DNA of 64,000 bases from an uncultured Candidatus Rokubacteria bacterium (lineage in GTDB: Bacteria > Methylomirabilota > Methylomirabilia > Rokubacteriales > DASRDR01), in the NCBI GenBank assembly GCA_963826115.1, contig CAWGVS010000010.1:320001-384000 (forward strand), read 5' to 3'. Position numbers and translations under genes: made by a program. Under the pieces are notes generated by a model. That model saw nothing but the letters and a program-made list of their open reading frames with translations. It was not told where the DNA came from and did no database searches. Positions 8,746 through 18,461 of this stretch are shown in pieces (within the stretch, counting starts at the first letter, position 1; each line of letters starts with the position of its first letter).

Positions 8746-11157
8746 GTGGCCTCGAGCTCCGCCAGCGCGCGCCTGACCGACGAGGAGCGCCGGCTCCTGC
8801 TCCGCATCCAGGACCGGCTCCTCTGGCTCACCGCCAACACGATCCACCACGCGAACAGCCGGCGCGCGAACCCGTCCCCGGAGCGCGTCGGCGGGCACCA
8901 GTCGAGCTCGACGTCGTCGCTCTCCCTGATGACGGCCCTCTTCTTCAAGATCCTGCGTCCGGGTGACCGGATCGCGGTGAAGCCCACGGCCGCGCCGGTC
9001 TTCTACGCGATCCAGGTGCTGCGGGGCCTCCTGCCGCCCGAGGGTCTCCGCGCGTACCGGTCGCTCGGCGGCCTCCAGGCGTACCCGAGCCGCGTCAAGA
9101 ACCCGGACTGGTTCGACTTCTCGACGGGATCGATGGGTCTGGGCGCCGTGGCCCCGGGCTTCGCCACCCTGATGGATCGGTATGTCCGGGACCGCTTCGG
9201 CGGCGCCGGCGAGGCGGAGCCGGGGCAGCCGCCCGCGGTCCCGCGGCCGCGCAACATCGCGGTCGTCGGCGACGCGGAGCTGGACGAGGGGAGCGTGTGG
9301 GAGGCCTGGACCGAGGAGGCCATGGCCGACCTCGCGGGCCACGTGGTCGTCGTCGATCTGAACCGCCAGAGCCTCGACCGCGTCGTGGGCGACCACCGGA
9401 GCCGGCAGCTCGACCGCCTCTTCCGGGCCCTCGGCTGGCACGTGGTGACGCTCCGGTTCGGCCGGCGCCTCGAGCGGCTGTTCGCGGAGCCGGGCGGCGC
9501 ATGGCTCCGCGCCCGGCTCGAGGCGATGGAGAACCTCGAGTACCACGCGCTCCTCCGGCTGCCGGCCGCCGCCGCGCGGAAGGCGCTCGGCGAGGGCGCG
9601 CCGCCGGAGACGGTCGGGCGTCTCGAGGCCCTCGGCGACGCCGAGGTCGCGGCGCTTCTCGCCGACCTGGGCGGCCACGACCTCGACGCGATCGTCGAGG
9701 CGTTCGCGGAGGCAGACGCCGTGGCCGACCGGCCCACGGCCATCCTGGCGTGGACGCTCAAGGGATGGCGCCTGCCGTTCGCCGGCGACCCCTTGAACCA
9801 CGGCGCGCAGGTCACCGGCGAGCAGCTGGCCGCGCTGCGCCGAGAGCTCGGCGTGCCGGAGGACGACGAGTGGGGCGGGTTCCCGCCCGACAGCCCCGAG
9901 GGCCGTCACGTCCGCCGCCTCCTGGCGGAGGGCATCGGGCTCCCGCGGCGCTTCCGTCCGCCGCCCCTCGTGACCATTCCCCATGGAGTCGAGCTGCCGC
10001 CGCGCCCCACCACCTCCACCCAGGAGGCGTTCGGCGACGTGTTGGCCGCCCTCGGCCGTCAGCCCGGGCTCGACGCCGCTCTCGTGACCGTGTCGGCCGA
10101 CGTCGCGACCACCACGCACCTGTCGGGCTGGGTCAACCGGCGAGGCGTCTACACGACCCGCGAGCGCGACGACGCCTTCGAGCGCCACGGGCTCCGGCCG
10201 CTCATCCGCTGGAAGGAATCGCCCGCCGGGCAGCACCTCGAGCTCGGGATCGGGGAGGCGTCGTTCTTCGTCCTCCTGTCCGTGCTCGGTCTGGCCCCCG
10301 AGCTCACCGGGCGACGGCTCCTCCCGATCGGCACGCTCTACGACTGCTTCCTGCCGCGGGGCCTCGACCCCTTGCTTCACGCCACGTACTCGAAGGCGCG
10401 GTTCGTCCTGGTCGCGAGCCCGTCCGGCATCACCCTGGCCCCGGAGGGCGGCGCCCACCAGTCGGTCGTGACGCCGGCGCTCGGTATCGAGGTGCCGAAC
10501 CTCCGCGCCTACGAGCCGACGTTCGCGCGGGAGGTCGAATGGCTCCTCCTGGAGGCGCTCCGCGTCATCCAGGATTCCGAGCACGGCGAGCCGGTGTACC
10601 TCCGGCTCTCGACCAAGACCGTCGACCAGGCGCTCCTTCAGCCGGCGCTCGACCGCCTGGGTGAGGAGGCCCTGCGCGCCCAGGTGCTGCGGGGCGGGTA
10701 CCGCCTCGTCGACCGCTCGGCCGAGCCCGGGTACGAGCCCGGCGCGAACGTCGTGACCCTGGTGGCGACCGGCGTGATGGTCCCCGAGGCCGTGGAGGCC
10801 AGCCGGGAGCTCGCGGCCGACGGCATCCACGCCAACGTGGTCGCGCTGACCAGCCCGCGCGCGTGCTACGCGGAGTGGCGCCGCCAGGTCGACGCCGTGG
10901 TGCAGGGGGCGGCACCGGGCCACCCGTGGGCGCGCGAGCTGTTCCCCGCCGAGGACCTCGAGGGCGAGGTGCCCGTGGTGACGGTCCTGGACGGCCACTC
11001 TCACGCGCTGGCGTGGCTCGGCACCGTGCTCGGCGTTCCCCACGTACCGCTCGGCGTCGACGCCTTCGGCCAGTCCGGGGCCCGCGCCGATCTCTACCGC
11101 CACTACGGCATCGATCCGGGAGCGATCGCGCGCGCCGCCCACGCCCTCCTGGCCTAG
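8746..11157 (+). CDS. AceE-like ThDP-dependent enzyme (pyruvate dehydrogenase E1/transketolase-like)
   Basis: VGGHQSS, GLQAYPSR, DFSTGSMGLG, ThDP motif GDAELDEG...N, HLELGIGE, TLAPEGGAHQS, LGVDAFGQSG. Confidence 0.9.
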   Translation: MASSSASARLTDEERRLLLRIQDRLLWLTANTIHHANSRRANPSPERVGGHQSSSTSSLSLMTALFFKILRPGDRIAVKPTAAPVFYAIQVLRGLLPPEGLRAYRSLGGLQAYPSRVKNPDWFDFSTGSMGLGAVAPGFATLMDRYVRDRFGGAGEAEPGQPPAVPRPRNIAVVGDAELDEGSVWEAWTEEAMADLAGHVVVVDLNRQSLDRVVGDHRSRQLDRLFRALGWHVVTLRFGRRLERLFAEPGGAWLRARLEAMENLEYHALLRLPAAAARKALGEGAPPETVGRLEALGDAEVAALLADLGGHDLDAIVEAFAEADAVADRPTAILAWTLKGWRLPFAGDPLNHGAQVTGEQLAALRRELGVPEDDEWGGFPPDSPEGRHVRRLLAEGIGLPRRFRPPPLVTIPHGVELPPRPTTSTQEAFGDVLAALGRQPGLDAALVTVSADVATTTHLSGWVNRRGVYTTRERDDAFERHGLRPLIRWKESPAGQHLELGIGEASFFVLLSVLGLAPELTGRRLLPIGTLYDCFLPRGLDPLLHATYSKARFVLVASPSGITLAPEGGAHQSVVTPALGIEVPNLRAYEPTFAREVEWLLLEALRVIQDSEHGEPVYLRLSTKTVDQALLQPALDRLGEEALRAQVLRGGYRLVDRSAEPGYEPGANVVTLVATGVMVPEAVEASRELAADGIHANVVALTSPRACYAEWRRQVDAVVQGAAPGHPWARELFPAEDLEGEVPVVTVLDGHSHALAWLGTVLGVPHVPLGVDAFGQSGARADLYRHYGIDPGAIARAAHALLA

Positions 11158-11320
11158 GCGCGCGTCCCGCGTCGCGGGTGAGGCTTGACAGCCTTCGGGG
11201 CGCCGGGCTTTAGTAGGGAGAACCCCGCGCGCGGCGCACCCACGAGCCGGATGCGCTCGCGTCGGCGCCGGCGCGCGGCGGCCGGGCAGCCCGGCGCCCA
11301 GCCCCAAGGAGGCGCGACAC

Positions 11321-11866
11321 ATGGCATTGTTCGGACAGCAGTCTCGCAAGGACGAACCCGTTCCGAAGTCCGAGTCCCTTCCGAGACCCGAGCCACGAAT
11401 CGAGCCGCCCCCGGCGCCGGTGATCCCGCCGGCCCCGCTTGTGACGGCGACCACGCGACGCGTAGAGGAGGCGCCGATGTCGATGACCACGCCCAAGGGT
11501 TCCGAGTCGATCCTCTCCGCGGGCCTCACCATCGAGGGGAAGATCGAGGGCAACGGCAACATCCGCGTCGCCGGCCGCTTCAAGGGCAACGTCAACGTGA
11601 AGGGCGAGCTGACCATCGAGCCGGGCGCGTCCATCGACGGCGAGGTCAAGGCTGACACCGTGCTGGTGGGCGGCGAGGTCCGCGGCCACCTCATCGCGGT
11701 CTCTCGGGTGGAGTTCAAGGAGTCCGGGACGCTGATCGGCGACCTCAAGGCGGGTAGTCTCACCGTGGCGGCCGGGTCGAAGATGCGCGGCAAGGTCGAA
11801 TTCGGCTGGAAGGAAGGAGAGGTCGAGGCCCTCCACCCGCCCGAGCCGAAGACCTCCGCGCACTGA
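11321..11866 (+). CDS. Bactofilin (polymer-forming cytoskeletal protein, CcmA family)
   Basis: SD AAGGAGG. N-terminal MALF, Pro-rich linker, then beta-helix repeats SILSAGLTIEGKIEGNGNIRVAGRFKGNV...LIGDLKAGSLTVAAGSKMRGKV. Confidence 0.92.
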   Translation: MALFGQQSRKDEPVPKSESLPRPEPRIEPPPAPVIPPAPLVTATTRRVEEAPMSMTTPKGSESILSAGLTIEGKIEGNGNIRVAGRFKGNVNVKGELTIEPGASIDGEVKADTVLVGGEVRGHLIAVSRVEFKESGTLIGDLKAGSLTVAAGSKMRGKVEFGWKEGEVEALHPPEPKTSAH

Positions 11867-11876
11867 GGTCTCACCG

Positions 11877-12425
11877 ATGACCGGTGAGGCGTGGAACTGT
11901 CCCCACTGCGGGGAGCGTATCCTCCGGAGTGCGCCCACCTGTCCCGCGTGCCTCCGCCACCTCCGGTTCGACGCGGTGGCGGTGGCGCGGCCTGCGCGCG
12001 AAGCGGTGTGCGCGTTGACGGTGGACGGCACGATCCGGCATCCCGGCGCCGAGGCTCCCTGGGAGTATTCGGTGCTGATCGAGATCCACGACGAGCGGGA
12101 CGAGATGGTCGCCCGCCGCGTCGTGGGCGTCGGCGCCCTGCGTCCCGGAGAAGGTCGGAAGTTCACCCTGCGCGTCGAGGTCTTGGTTCCCGGAGTCTTC
12201 GCGACTGACCGCCGCGTCCTGAGCCTGTACGCCGAGTCGCGGGTCGCGACTCGGGTGCGACGGCGGGGGTCACTGGCGGGTTTCCGGGTTCGGTTCGGCC
12301 CCGAGGGGTCGCGCGCGGCCCGCGCCGAAAGCCTGAACGGCCGGCTGCCTCGGCCGGCCTCGATGAGGAGGCGATCATGGGAAGCTTCCTGCTGCCTCTC
12401 GCGTTGGTGGTCCTGGGGCTCATAG
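11877..12425 (+). CDS. Hypothetical protein with double CxxC zinc ribbon and a beta-rich domain (true 3' end probably near 12200-12225)
   Basis: CPHC-x10-CPAC, then LTVDGTIRHP..WEYSVLIEI..RRVVGVGALRPGE. The tail after about aa 110 is low-complexity, crosses a hairpin and overlaps the next gene. Confidence 0.7.
   Translation: MTGEAWNCPHCGERILRSAPTCPACLRHLRFDAVAVARPAREAVCALTVDGTIRHPGAEAPWEYSVLIEIHDERDEMVARRVVGVGALRPGEGRKFTLRVEVLVPGVFATDRRVLSLYAESRVATRVRRRGSLAGFRVRFGPEGSRAARAESLNGRLPRPASMRRRSWEASCCLSRWWSWGS
12232..12254 (+). terminator. Perfect 10-bp hairpin downstream of the bactofilin/zinc-ribbon pair
   Basis: CCGAGTCGCG-GGT-CGCGACTCGG. Confidence 0.45.
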
Positions 12426-13985
12426 CGGCGCCGTCCGCAGCCACAGCGCAGGCGTCGAAGTCGGGTGGCATCCTCACCGTCACCCAGCGCGAGGACCTCC
12501 CGCAGGGCTTCGCGATCCACGAAACCTCCACGATTTCCACGGTGTGGCCGTCAATGCCGTGCTTCAACAACCTGGTGCTGTTCGACCCCCTGAAGACGAT
12601 CGAGAGCCCGGACACGATCATCGGCGAGCTGGCCGAGAAGTGGTCCTGGCAGGACGGCTACCGGAACCTCGTGTTCTTCCTCCGGAAGGACGTGAAGTGG
12701 CACGACGGAAAGCCCTTCACGTCGAAGGACGTCAAGTACACCTTCGACATGCTGCGGGAGGCGCCGGACTCGCCGCAGAAGCTCCGCCTGAACCCGCGGA
12801 CGGACTGGTACGCCAACGTCGAGGCGGTCGAGGCGGCCGACACCTACACGGTCATCTTCCGCCTGAAGCGACCGCAGCCATCGCTCCTCATGATGCTGGC
12901 GTCCGGCTACAGCGCCGGTCTACGCCGCCCACGTGCCGCCCGCCACCTATCGGACCGGGTGCGTCGGGACCGGGCCCTTCAAGCTGAAGGAGTGGCGCAA
13001 GGGCGAGTTCGTCGAGTACGTGAAGAACCCCGACTACTTCGTGAAGGGCCGACCCTACCTCGACGCGCTCAAGTACATCGTGATCAACGAGCCGGGCACG
13101 CGGATCGCGGCCCTCCAGACCGGCCAGGTCGAGGTGTCGTTCCCGAACGAGGTGTCGAAGACCAACGCGGAGCAGCTCCGGGCCGCCAATCCCAAGCTGG
13201 TCATCACCCCGTTCAGCATCAACACCAACGACAACATCGTCATGAACATGAAGAAGCCGCCCTTCGACAACGTCAAGGCGCGGCTCGCCGTCAGCCACGC
13301 GATCGACCGCCGCGCGCTGATCCAGGCCGTGCACGCGGGCGGGGCGGTGCCCGGCGCGTCGTTGGCACCGCAAGCCCTACGGTGTCTGGGGCCTCCTCGA
13401 GCCGGACATGACGGCGCTCGCCCGGATACGGCAAGCCGGCGGACGAGAAGGCCAAGGCGCGGAAGCTGCTGGGCGAGATCGGGTTCTCCCCGCAGAACCC
13501 GCTCCGGATCGAGATGGTGACGCGGAACATCGCCGTCTACGTCGACGATGGCGTCGTTCGTCGTGAGCGAGCTGAAGCAGGTCGGGATCGAGGCCACGCT
13601 GAAGCAGATCGAGACGGCCCAGTGGCATCCGATGGGGACGCGCGGGGAGTTCCAGATCGCGGCGAATCTCACCGGGATCGGCCCCGACGACCCCGACGCC
13701 AACTTCTACGAGAACTTCGCCTGCGGCTCGCCGCGCAATTACAGCATCTACTGCAACGAGCAGGTCATGGCCCAGAGTCGATCAGCAGTCCCAGGAGCTC
13801 GATCCCGAAGAAGCGCCTGGCCTGGTCCAGGCGAGTCCAGAAGAAGCTCGAGGAGCGACGTGGCGCGCCCGATCCTGGACTGGCGGCTCGACTACTTCAT
13901 CGTCTACCCGTACGTGAAGAACCTCATCCCGCACCAGTCGATGTACAACTTCGGGCGGCTGCAAGAGGTCTGGCTGGACAAGTAG
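12377..13985 (+). pseudogene. SBP family 5 ABC substrate-binding protein, multiply frameshifted as assembled (likely consensus artefact)
   Basis: SD GAGGAGG, signal peptide, KSGGILTV, VKWHDGKPFTSKDVKYTF, VGTGPFKL, RLQEVWLDK. Frame breaks at about 12914, 13371, 13420, 13547 and 13776-13856. Confidence 0.88.
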
Positions 13986-14057
13986 CACCGGGACCCCTCT
14001 GACGCCGGCGCGCCGCGGAGGATCCCGGATCGCCGGCGGCGTGTCTCGGAGTGCGCC

Positions 14058-15016
14058 GTGAAGAGCTACCTGGCCCAGCGGCTCGCCGTCGCGCTCCTGA
14101 CGCTCCTCGGCATGTCCATCGTCATCTTCGTCCTGCTCCGGATGGCGCCGGGCAACATCGTCGACGTCCTCTTCGCGACCGCCGGCCTCGTCGATCCACG
14201 CGGGAGAAGGAGGCCATCCTCAAGGAGCTCGGGATGGACCGCCCCTCACTGGGTCCAGTACCTCGACTGGCTCCGCGGGATCCTGAGCGGGGACCTCGGC
14301 AAGTCGTACCGGTACGAGCTGCCCGCGTGGCAGCTCATCCGGCCGCTGCTCCCGGTCACGCTCGAGCTGGCCGGGCTGTCGATCGCGATCTCGGTGCTCC
14401 TGGGCGTGCCGACCGGCGTGATCAGCGCCCTCCGCCAGGATTCCCCGCTCGACTACGTGCTTCGCCTGCTGAGCCTGGCCGGCCTCTCCATGCCGTCCTT
14501 CTGGCTGGCCATGGTCATCATCCTGACCCTCGTCGCCTGGTTCGACTGGATCCCGCCGATGACCTACGTGAGCCCGTCACAGAACCTGCGACTGCACACC
14601 CTCCAGTTCCTCCTGCCGGCTCTGGCGGTCGGGCTATCGCTCGTCGGCCCTGATCATGCGGATCACCCGCTCGGCGCTCCTCGAGGTCCTCCGCGAGGAC
14701 TACATCCGCACCGCGCGGGCCAAGGGTCAGCGACCCGCCGTGGTCGTCTGGCGGCACGCCCTCAAGAACGCGATGCTGCCCGTGGTCACGGTCATCGGCA
14801 TCGAGTTCGCGTTCATGATCGGCGGGCTGGTGGTCACCGAGTCGGTGTTCAACCTTGCCGGGCGTGGCCCGGTTCCTCGTGCAGGCGATCCAGTGGCGCG
14901 ACTACCCGATGGTGCAGAACCTGGTGATGTTCATCGCCATCGTGGTGATCCTGTCGAACCTGGCGGTCGACCTCCTGTACGGCGTCCTCGACCCTCGCGT
15001 GCGCTATGGCGACTAG
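14058..15016 (+). pseudogene. Peptide ABC permease (DppB-like), frameshifted as assembled
   Basis: YLAQRL, GDLGKSY, EDYIRTARAKG, WRDYPMVQN, LDPRVRYGD*. Frame breaks at about 14200-14248, 14634 and 14857. Confidence 0.87.
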
Positions 15017-15914
15017 CACCCCCGCGGCGACGCGCGAGGCCCACGGGCTCCATGCGCCCCGGCCATCCCGTCGGTCGGCCGGGACGCTCTGGCGCTTCGC
15101 CCGGAGGAAGCCGCTCGGAGCGGCCGGCGGCGTGATCATGGCGGTGATCGTCGTGACGGCGGCCTTCGCGGGCCTCGTGGCGACGCACGACCCCGGATCG
15201 CCGACGCGGCGCGCACGTTCGCGCGGCCGAGCGCCTCTCACTGGCTCGGGACCGACAGCATGGGGCGCGACATGTTCTCTCGCATCGTGCACGGCGCGCG
15301 GGTGTCCCTGATCGTGGGCGTGGCATCGACGCTCCTCGGGTCCGTCGCTGGGCGGCGTGATCGGCCTCCTGTCCGGGTATGCCGGCGGCCGGCTGGATCT
15401 CGTGACGCAACGGGTGCTCGACATCCTCCAGGGGCTGCCGCTCCTGGTGCTGGCGATCGTGATGTCCGCCGCGCTGGGGCAGTCGATGACGAACGTGATC
15501 ATCGCGATCTCCGTGCCGATCGTCCCGCGGGCCGCGCGCGTCGTCCGGTCGAGCGTGCTGTCGATCCGCGAGATGCAGTACGTGGAGGCCGCGCGGGCGC
15601 TCGGGCTCCGTCACCTCCGGATCGCGTTCCGCCACATCCTGCCCAACACCATGGGGCCGTTCATCGTGCTGTGCACCGCGCAGCTCGGCAGCGCGATCCT
15701 CGTCGAGGCCGCGCTGTCGTTCCTGGGCTTCGGGGTGCCGGAGCCCTACCCGTCGTGGGGTCGCATGCTCTCGGTCTCGGCCGCCGAGTACGCCCAGAAG
15801 GCGCCGCACCTCGTATTGTTCCCGGGCCTCGCGATCAGCATCGCCGTCTTCGGTTCGAACCTCCTCGGGGACGCGCTCCGCGACACCCTCGACCCCCGCC
15901 TCCGGGGCGGGTGA
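15006..15914 (+). pseudogene. Peptide ABC permease (DppC-like), frameshifted as assembled
   Basis: [52 protein letters not shown]. Frame breaks at about 15195 and 15347. Confidence 0.87.
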
Positions 15915-15951
15915 GGGGACCGGCGGTGCTAGAATCGCGCGGGAGCCCCCC

Positions 15952-16419
15952 GTGCCCGCCATGACCGACCCCCACGCCGACCTCGCGCCGCCGCCCGTCC
16001 AGCCCGGCGACCCCCGCCGCCTCGGCCTGGCGGAGCTCGTCGGGCAGCTCCTGGCCGGCGCGGCCGCGCTTGGCCGGGGCTACGAGGCGGCCGCCCCCCG
16101 GGCCCCCGAGGCGCTTCGGCGCGCCCTCCGGGAGCTGGCCCGGTCGAAGGAGGGTCTGGCGGCCACGCTGGCCCCCCTGGCCCGAGCCCTCGGGGGGCCG
16201 GGTCCCACCTCTCCGCCGCCGCACCCCCCGGAGATGGCCGGCGAGTGGGGTGTGGCCCTGGGGGAGGCGTTCCAGGGCGAGCGAGCCCTCGAGATGGCCG
16301 GCCGGCAGCTGGGCGCCCTGGCGGAGGATCCGGCAGTCCGGGCCCTGGCCGCCCGGCTGGCCGCCGGGGCGGCCCGGGACGGGGCAGAGGTCCGCAAGCT
16401 CTACCTGCGGTACTCCTAG
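15952..16419 (+). CDS. Hypothetical all-helical protein (possible degenerate ferritin-like four-helix bundle)
   Basis: Extended -10 TGC-TAGAAT at 15927-15935 and SD GGGAG before GTG. Two helix pairs joined by a Pro-rich linker; ends VRKLYLRYS. Confidence 0.6.
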   Translation: MPAMTDPHADLAPPPVQPGDPRRLGLAELVGQLLAGAAALGRGYEAAAPRAPEALRRALRELARSKEGLAATLAPLARALGGPGPTSPPPHPPEMAGEWGVALGEAFQGERALEMAGRQLGALAEDPAVRALAARLAAGAARDGAEVRKLYLRYS

Positions 16420-16491
16420 GGCCTCCGGGCCCCTACCGGTCGCCCCCTCTCAAAGTCCCGTTTTTCTCTTTTTCGAACGGCATTTTTCCCC

Positions 16492-16557
16492 TTGACAGCC
16501 CCCACAGCGACCGCTAGTATCCCGCGTCAAGTGGGATGAAGTGGGATGCATGCCCAC
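16492..16557 (+). promoter_or_regulatory. Sigma70 promoter of the dcw operon with MraZ-box repeats
   Basis: TTGACA (16492-16497)-N17-TAGTAT (16515-16520) with a T-rich upstream tract. GTGGG at 16531 and 16541 (10-bp period) plus inverted CCCAC at 16501 and 16553. Confidence 0.85.
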
Positions 16558-16645
16558 AAGCAACCGTTTTCAGGCCCATTTCGGGGTTGGGATGGGCGAG
16601 GACGGCACGGGTCGTAACGCCTGACACGGCGAGGGCTGCGGCACG

Positions 16646-17086
16646 GTGTTTCGCGGCAGGTACGACCACACGATCGACCCGAAGGGGCGTCTGAGCATTC
16701 CCGCGCGCTATCGCGACGAGCTGGCGGCGCGCGATGTCATGACGCTCGTTCTCAGCGAGGGCGATCACTGCGTGTCGGCGTACCCGCTCGACGAGTGGGA
16801 GAAGCTCGAGGAGGGCCTCCGCCAGCAGTCGTCGTTCCTGCCCGAGCGCCGCAACGTGGTGCGCCTCATGATTGCCAGCGCGAAGGAATGTCCGGTCGAC
16901 CGCGCCGGGCGCACGCTCGTGCCGCCGGAGCTCCGCGAGTTCGCGGGCCTGAAGAAGGACGTCGTGATCGCCGGCGCGCTGGAGTTCTTCGAGATCTGGA
17001 GCCGCGATCGCTGGGTCGACTATCGCCAGTCGCTGCGCGGCGGCTACGACGAGATGACGCGCAAGCTGGCCGAGCGGAAGCCATGA
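16646..17086 (+). CDS. mraZ: Division/cell wall cluster transcriptional repressor MraZ
   Basis: MFRGRYDHTIDPKGRLSIPARYR, second repeat DRAGRTLVP..LREFAGL, FEIWS. First gene of the dcw cluster. Confidence 0.96.
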   Translation: MFRGRYDHTIDPKGRLSIPARYRDELAARDVMTLVLSEGDHCVSAYPLDEWEKLEEGLRQQSSFLPERRNVVRLMIASAKECPVDRAGRTLVPPELREFAGLKKDVVIAGALEFFEIWSRDRWVDYRQSLRGGYDEMTRKLAERKP

Positions 17087-18057
17087 GCCCAGAGGCCGAA
17101 GGCCGTCCGATCAACGACCACGGAGCGGAGGGTAGCCCAGCGAGTGTCGCGACGGGACACCGCGAGGCGCGTCACGTGCCGGTGATGCTCGACGAGGTGC
17201 TGCACTGGCTCACGCCGGTGCCGCCCGGGACGTGGATCGTCGACGGCACCGTGGGACTGGGCGGGCACGCGGCCGCGCTCCTGTCCCACGCGGCGGGGAG
17301 CCGCTTGCTGGGCCTGGACCGGGATCCGGATGCCCTCGCGCTCGCGGCGCAGCGTCTCGCGCCCTTCCAGGACCGGTGCGTTCTCCGTCACGCCGACTTC
17401 CGGCATCTGGACGCCGAGGCCCGGGCGTGCGGCGCGGCCCCCGCCCACGCCGTCCTCCTGGATCTCGGGCTCTCGTCGCTCCAGCTCGAGCGGAGCGGCC
17501 GCGGGTTCTCCTTCCAGGGCGACGAGCCGCTCGACATGCGGTTCGACACGCGGCAGCCGCTCACGGCCGCCGAGCTCATCCGGCGCACGTCCGAACCGGA
17601 GCTCGCGGACCTGATCCACGAGTACGGCGAGGAGCCGGCGGCGCGGCGGATCGCCCGGCGGCTCGTCCAGGCGCGCGTGCGGACGCCCATCCGCACGACG
17701 CGGCAGCTCGCCGAGGTCGTCGCCTCGGCCATCCCGGCGCACCGGCGCACCTACCGGATCCACCCGGCGACGCGCACGTTCCAGGCCCTCCGGATCGCGG
17801 TGAACGACGAGCTGGGGAGCCTGGACGCCGCGCTCCCGCAGGGCGCCGAGCTCCTGGCGCCGGGCGGCCGGTTCGGCGTGATCGCATTCCATTCGCTTGA
17901 GGACCGCCTCGTCAAGGGCGCCTTCCGCCGCCTGTCGCACACGGGCTGGCAGGCGCTCACGCGGAAGCCCCTGCGGCCCGGCGACGACGAGGTCCAATCC
18001 AACCCCCGATCCCGGAGCGCGCGGTTCCGGGTGCTGGAGCGAGGCGCTGCATCATGA
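17083..18057 (+). CDS. rsmH: 16S rRNA m4C1402 methyltransferase RsmH
   Basis: HVPVML, DGTVGLGGHA, DLGLSS.QL, PLDMRFD, HPATRTFQALRIAVNDEL, FHSLEDR, NPRSRSA. Confidence 0.97.
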   Translation: MSPEAEGRPINDHGAEGSPASVATGHREARHVPVMLDEVLHWLTPVPPGTWIVDGTVGLGGHAAALLSHAAGSRLLGLDRDPDALALAAQRLAPFQDRCVLRHADFRHLDAEARACGAAPAHAVLLDLGLSSLQLERSGRGFSFQGDEPLDMRFDTRQPLTAAELIRRTSEPELADLIHEYGEEPAARRIARRLVQARVRTPIRTTRQLAEVVASAIPAHRRTYRIHPATRTFQALRIAVNDELGSLDAALPQGAELLAPGGRFGVIAFHSLEDRLVKGAFRRLSHTGWQALTRKPLRPGDDEVQSNPRSRSARFRVLERGAAS

Positions 18058-18461
18058 CGCGGCTGATCCACGATCAGGCTTCGACGGTTGTCCGCGAGCG
18101 CGACCGGCGTCGCCTGCGGGCCATGGCCGGGATGCTCTGCCTCGGGTGCGTGCTGGTCGGGGCGGTGCTCGGGTACGTGTGGCTCCAGGTCCAGCGGGTG
18201 CGCGTGTCCTACGGGATCGAGTCGCTCCGCGGCAGCCGCACCCGCCTCGAGGAGCAGAACCGGAAGCTCCAGCTCGAGCTGGCGTCGCTCCGCGCGTTCG
18301 CGCGTGTGGACTCGGCGGCACGGCGGCTCGGCCTCACGCCGCCCGGCCCCGACCAGATCCAGCTCGCGCGGGAGTACGTGGCCCCGGAGGGGACCGGCCG
18401 CAGCGCCGCGCTCCGCGCGGACGCCACCGACACGATCGTCCAGAAGACCGGGCGGCCTTGA
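18054..18461 (+). CDS. ftsL: Cell division protein FtsL
   Basis: Single TM segment, coiled coil, RVDSAARRLGL. Lies between rsmH and ftsI. Confidence 0.85.
   Translation: MTRLIHDQASTVVRERDRRRLRAMAGMLCLGCVLVGAVLGYVWLQVQRVRVSYGIESLRGSRTRLEEQNRKLQLELASLRAFARVDSAARRLGLTPPGPDQIQLAREYVAPEGTGRSAALRADATDTIVQKTGRP

Noticed and set aside
6913-11874. 1653-aa minus-strand ORF suggesting a giant dehydratase fusion
   Set aside because: Only 6913-8658 has family motifs and an SD. The rest is stop-free antisense of the AceE-like and bactofilin genes, as expected at high GC.
12900-15360. Programmed frameshifting or phase variation in the second ABC cluster
   Set aside because: No slippery heptamers or long homopolymers, too many sites, and the pattern fits merged alleles.
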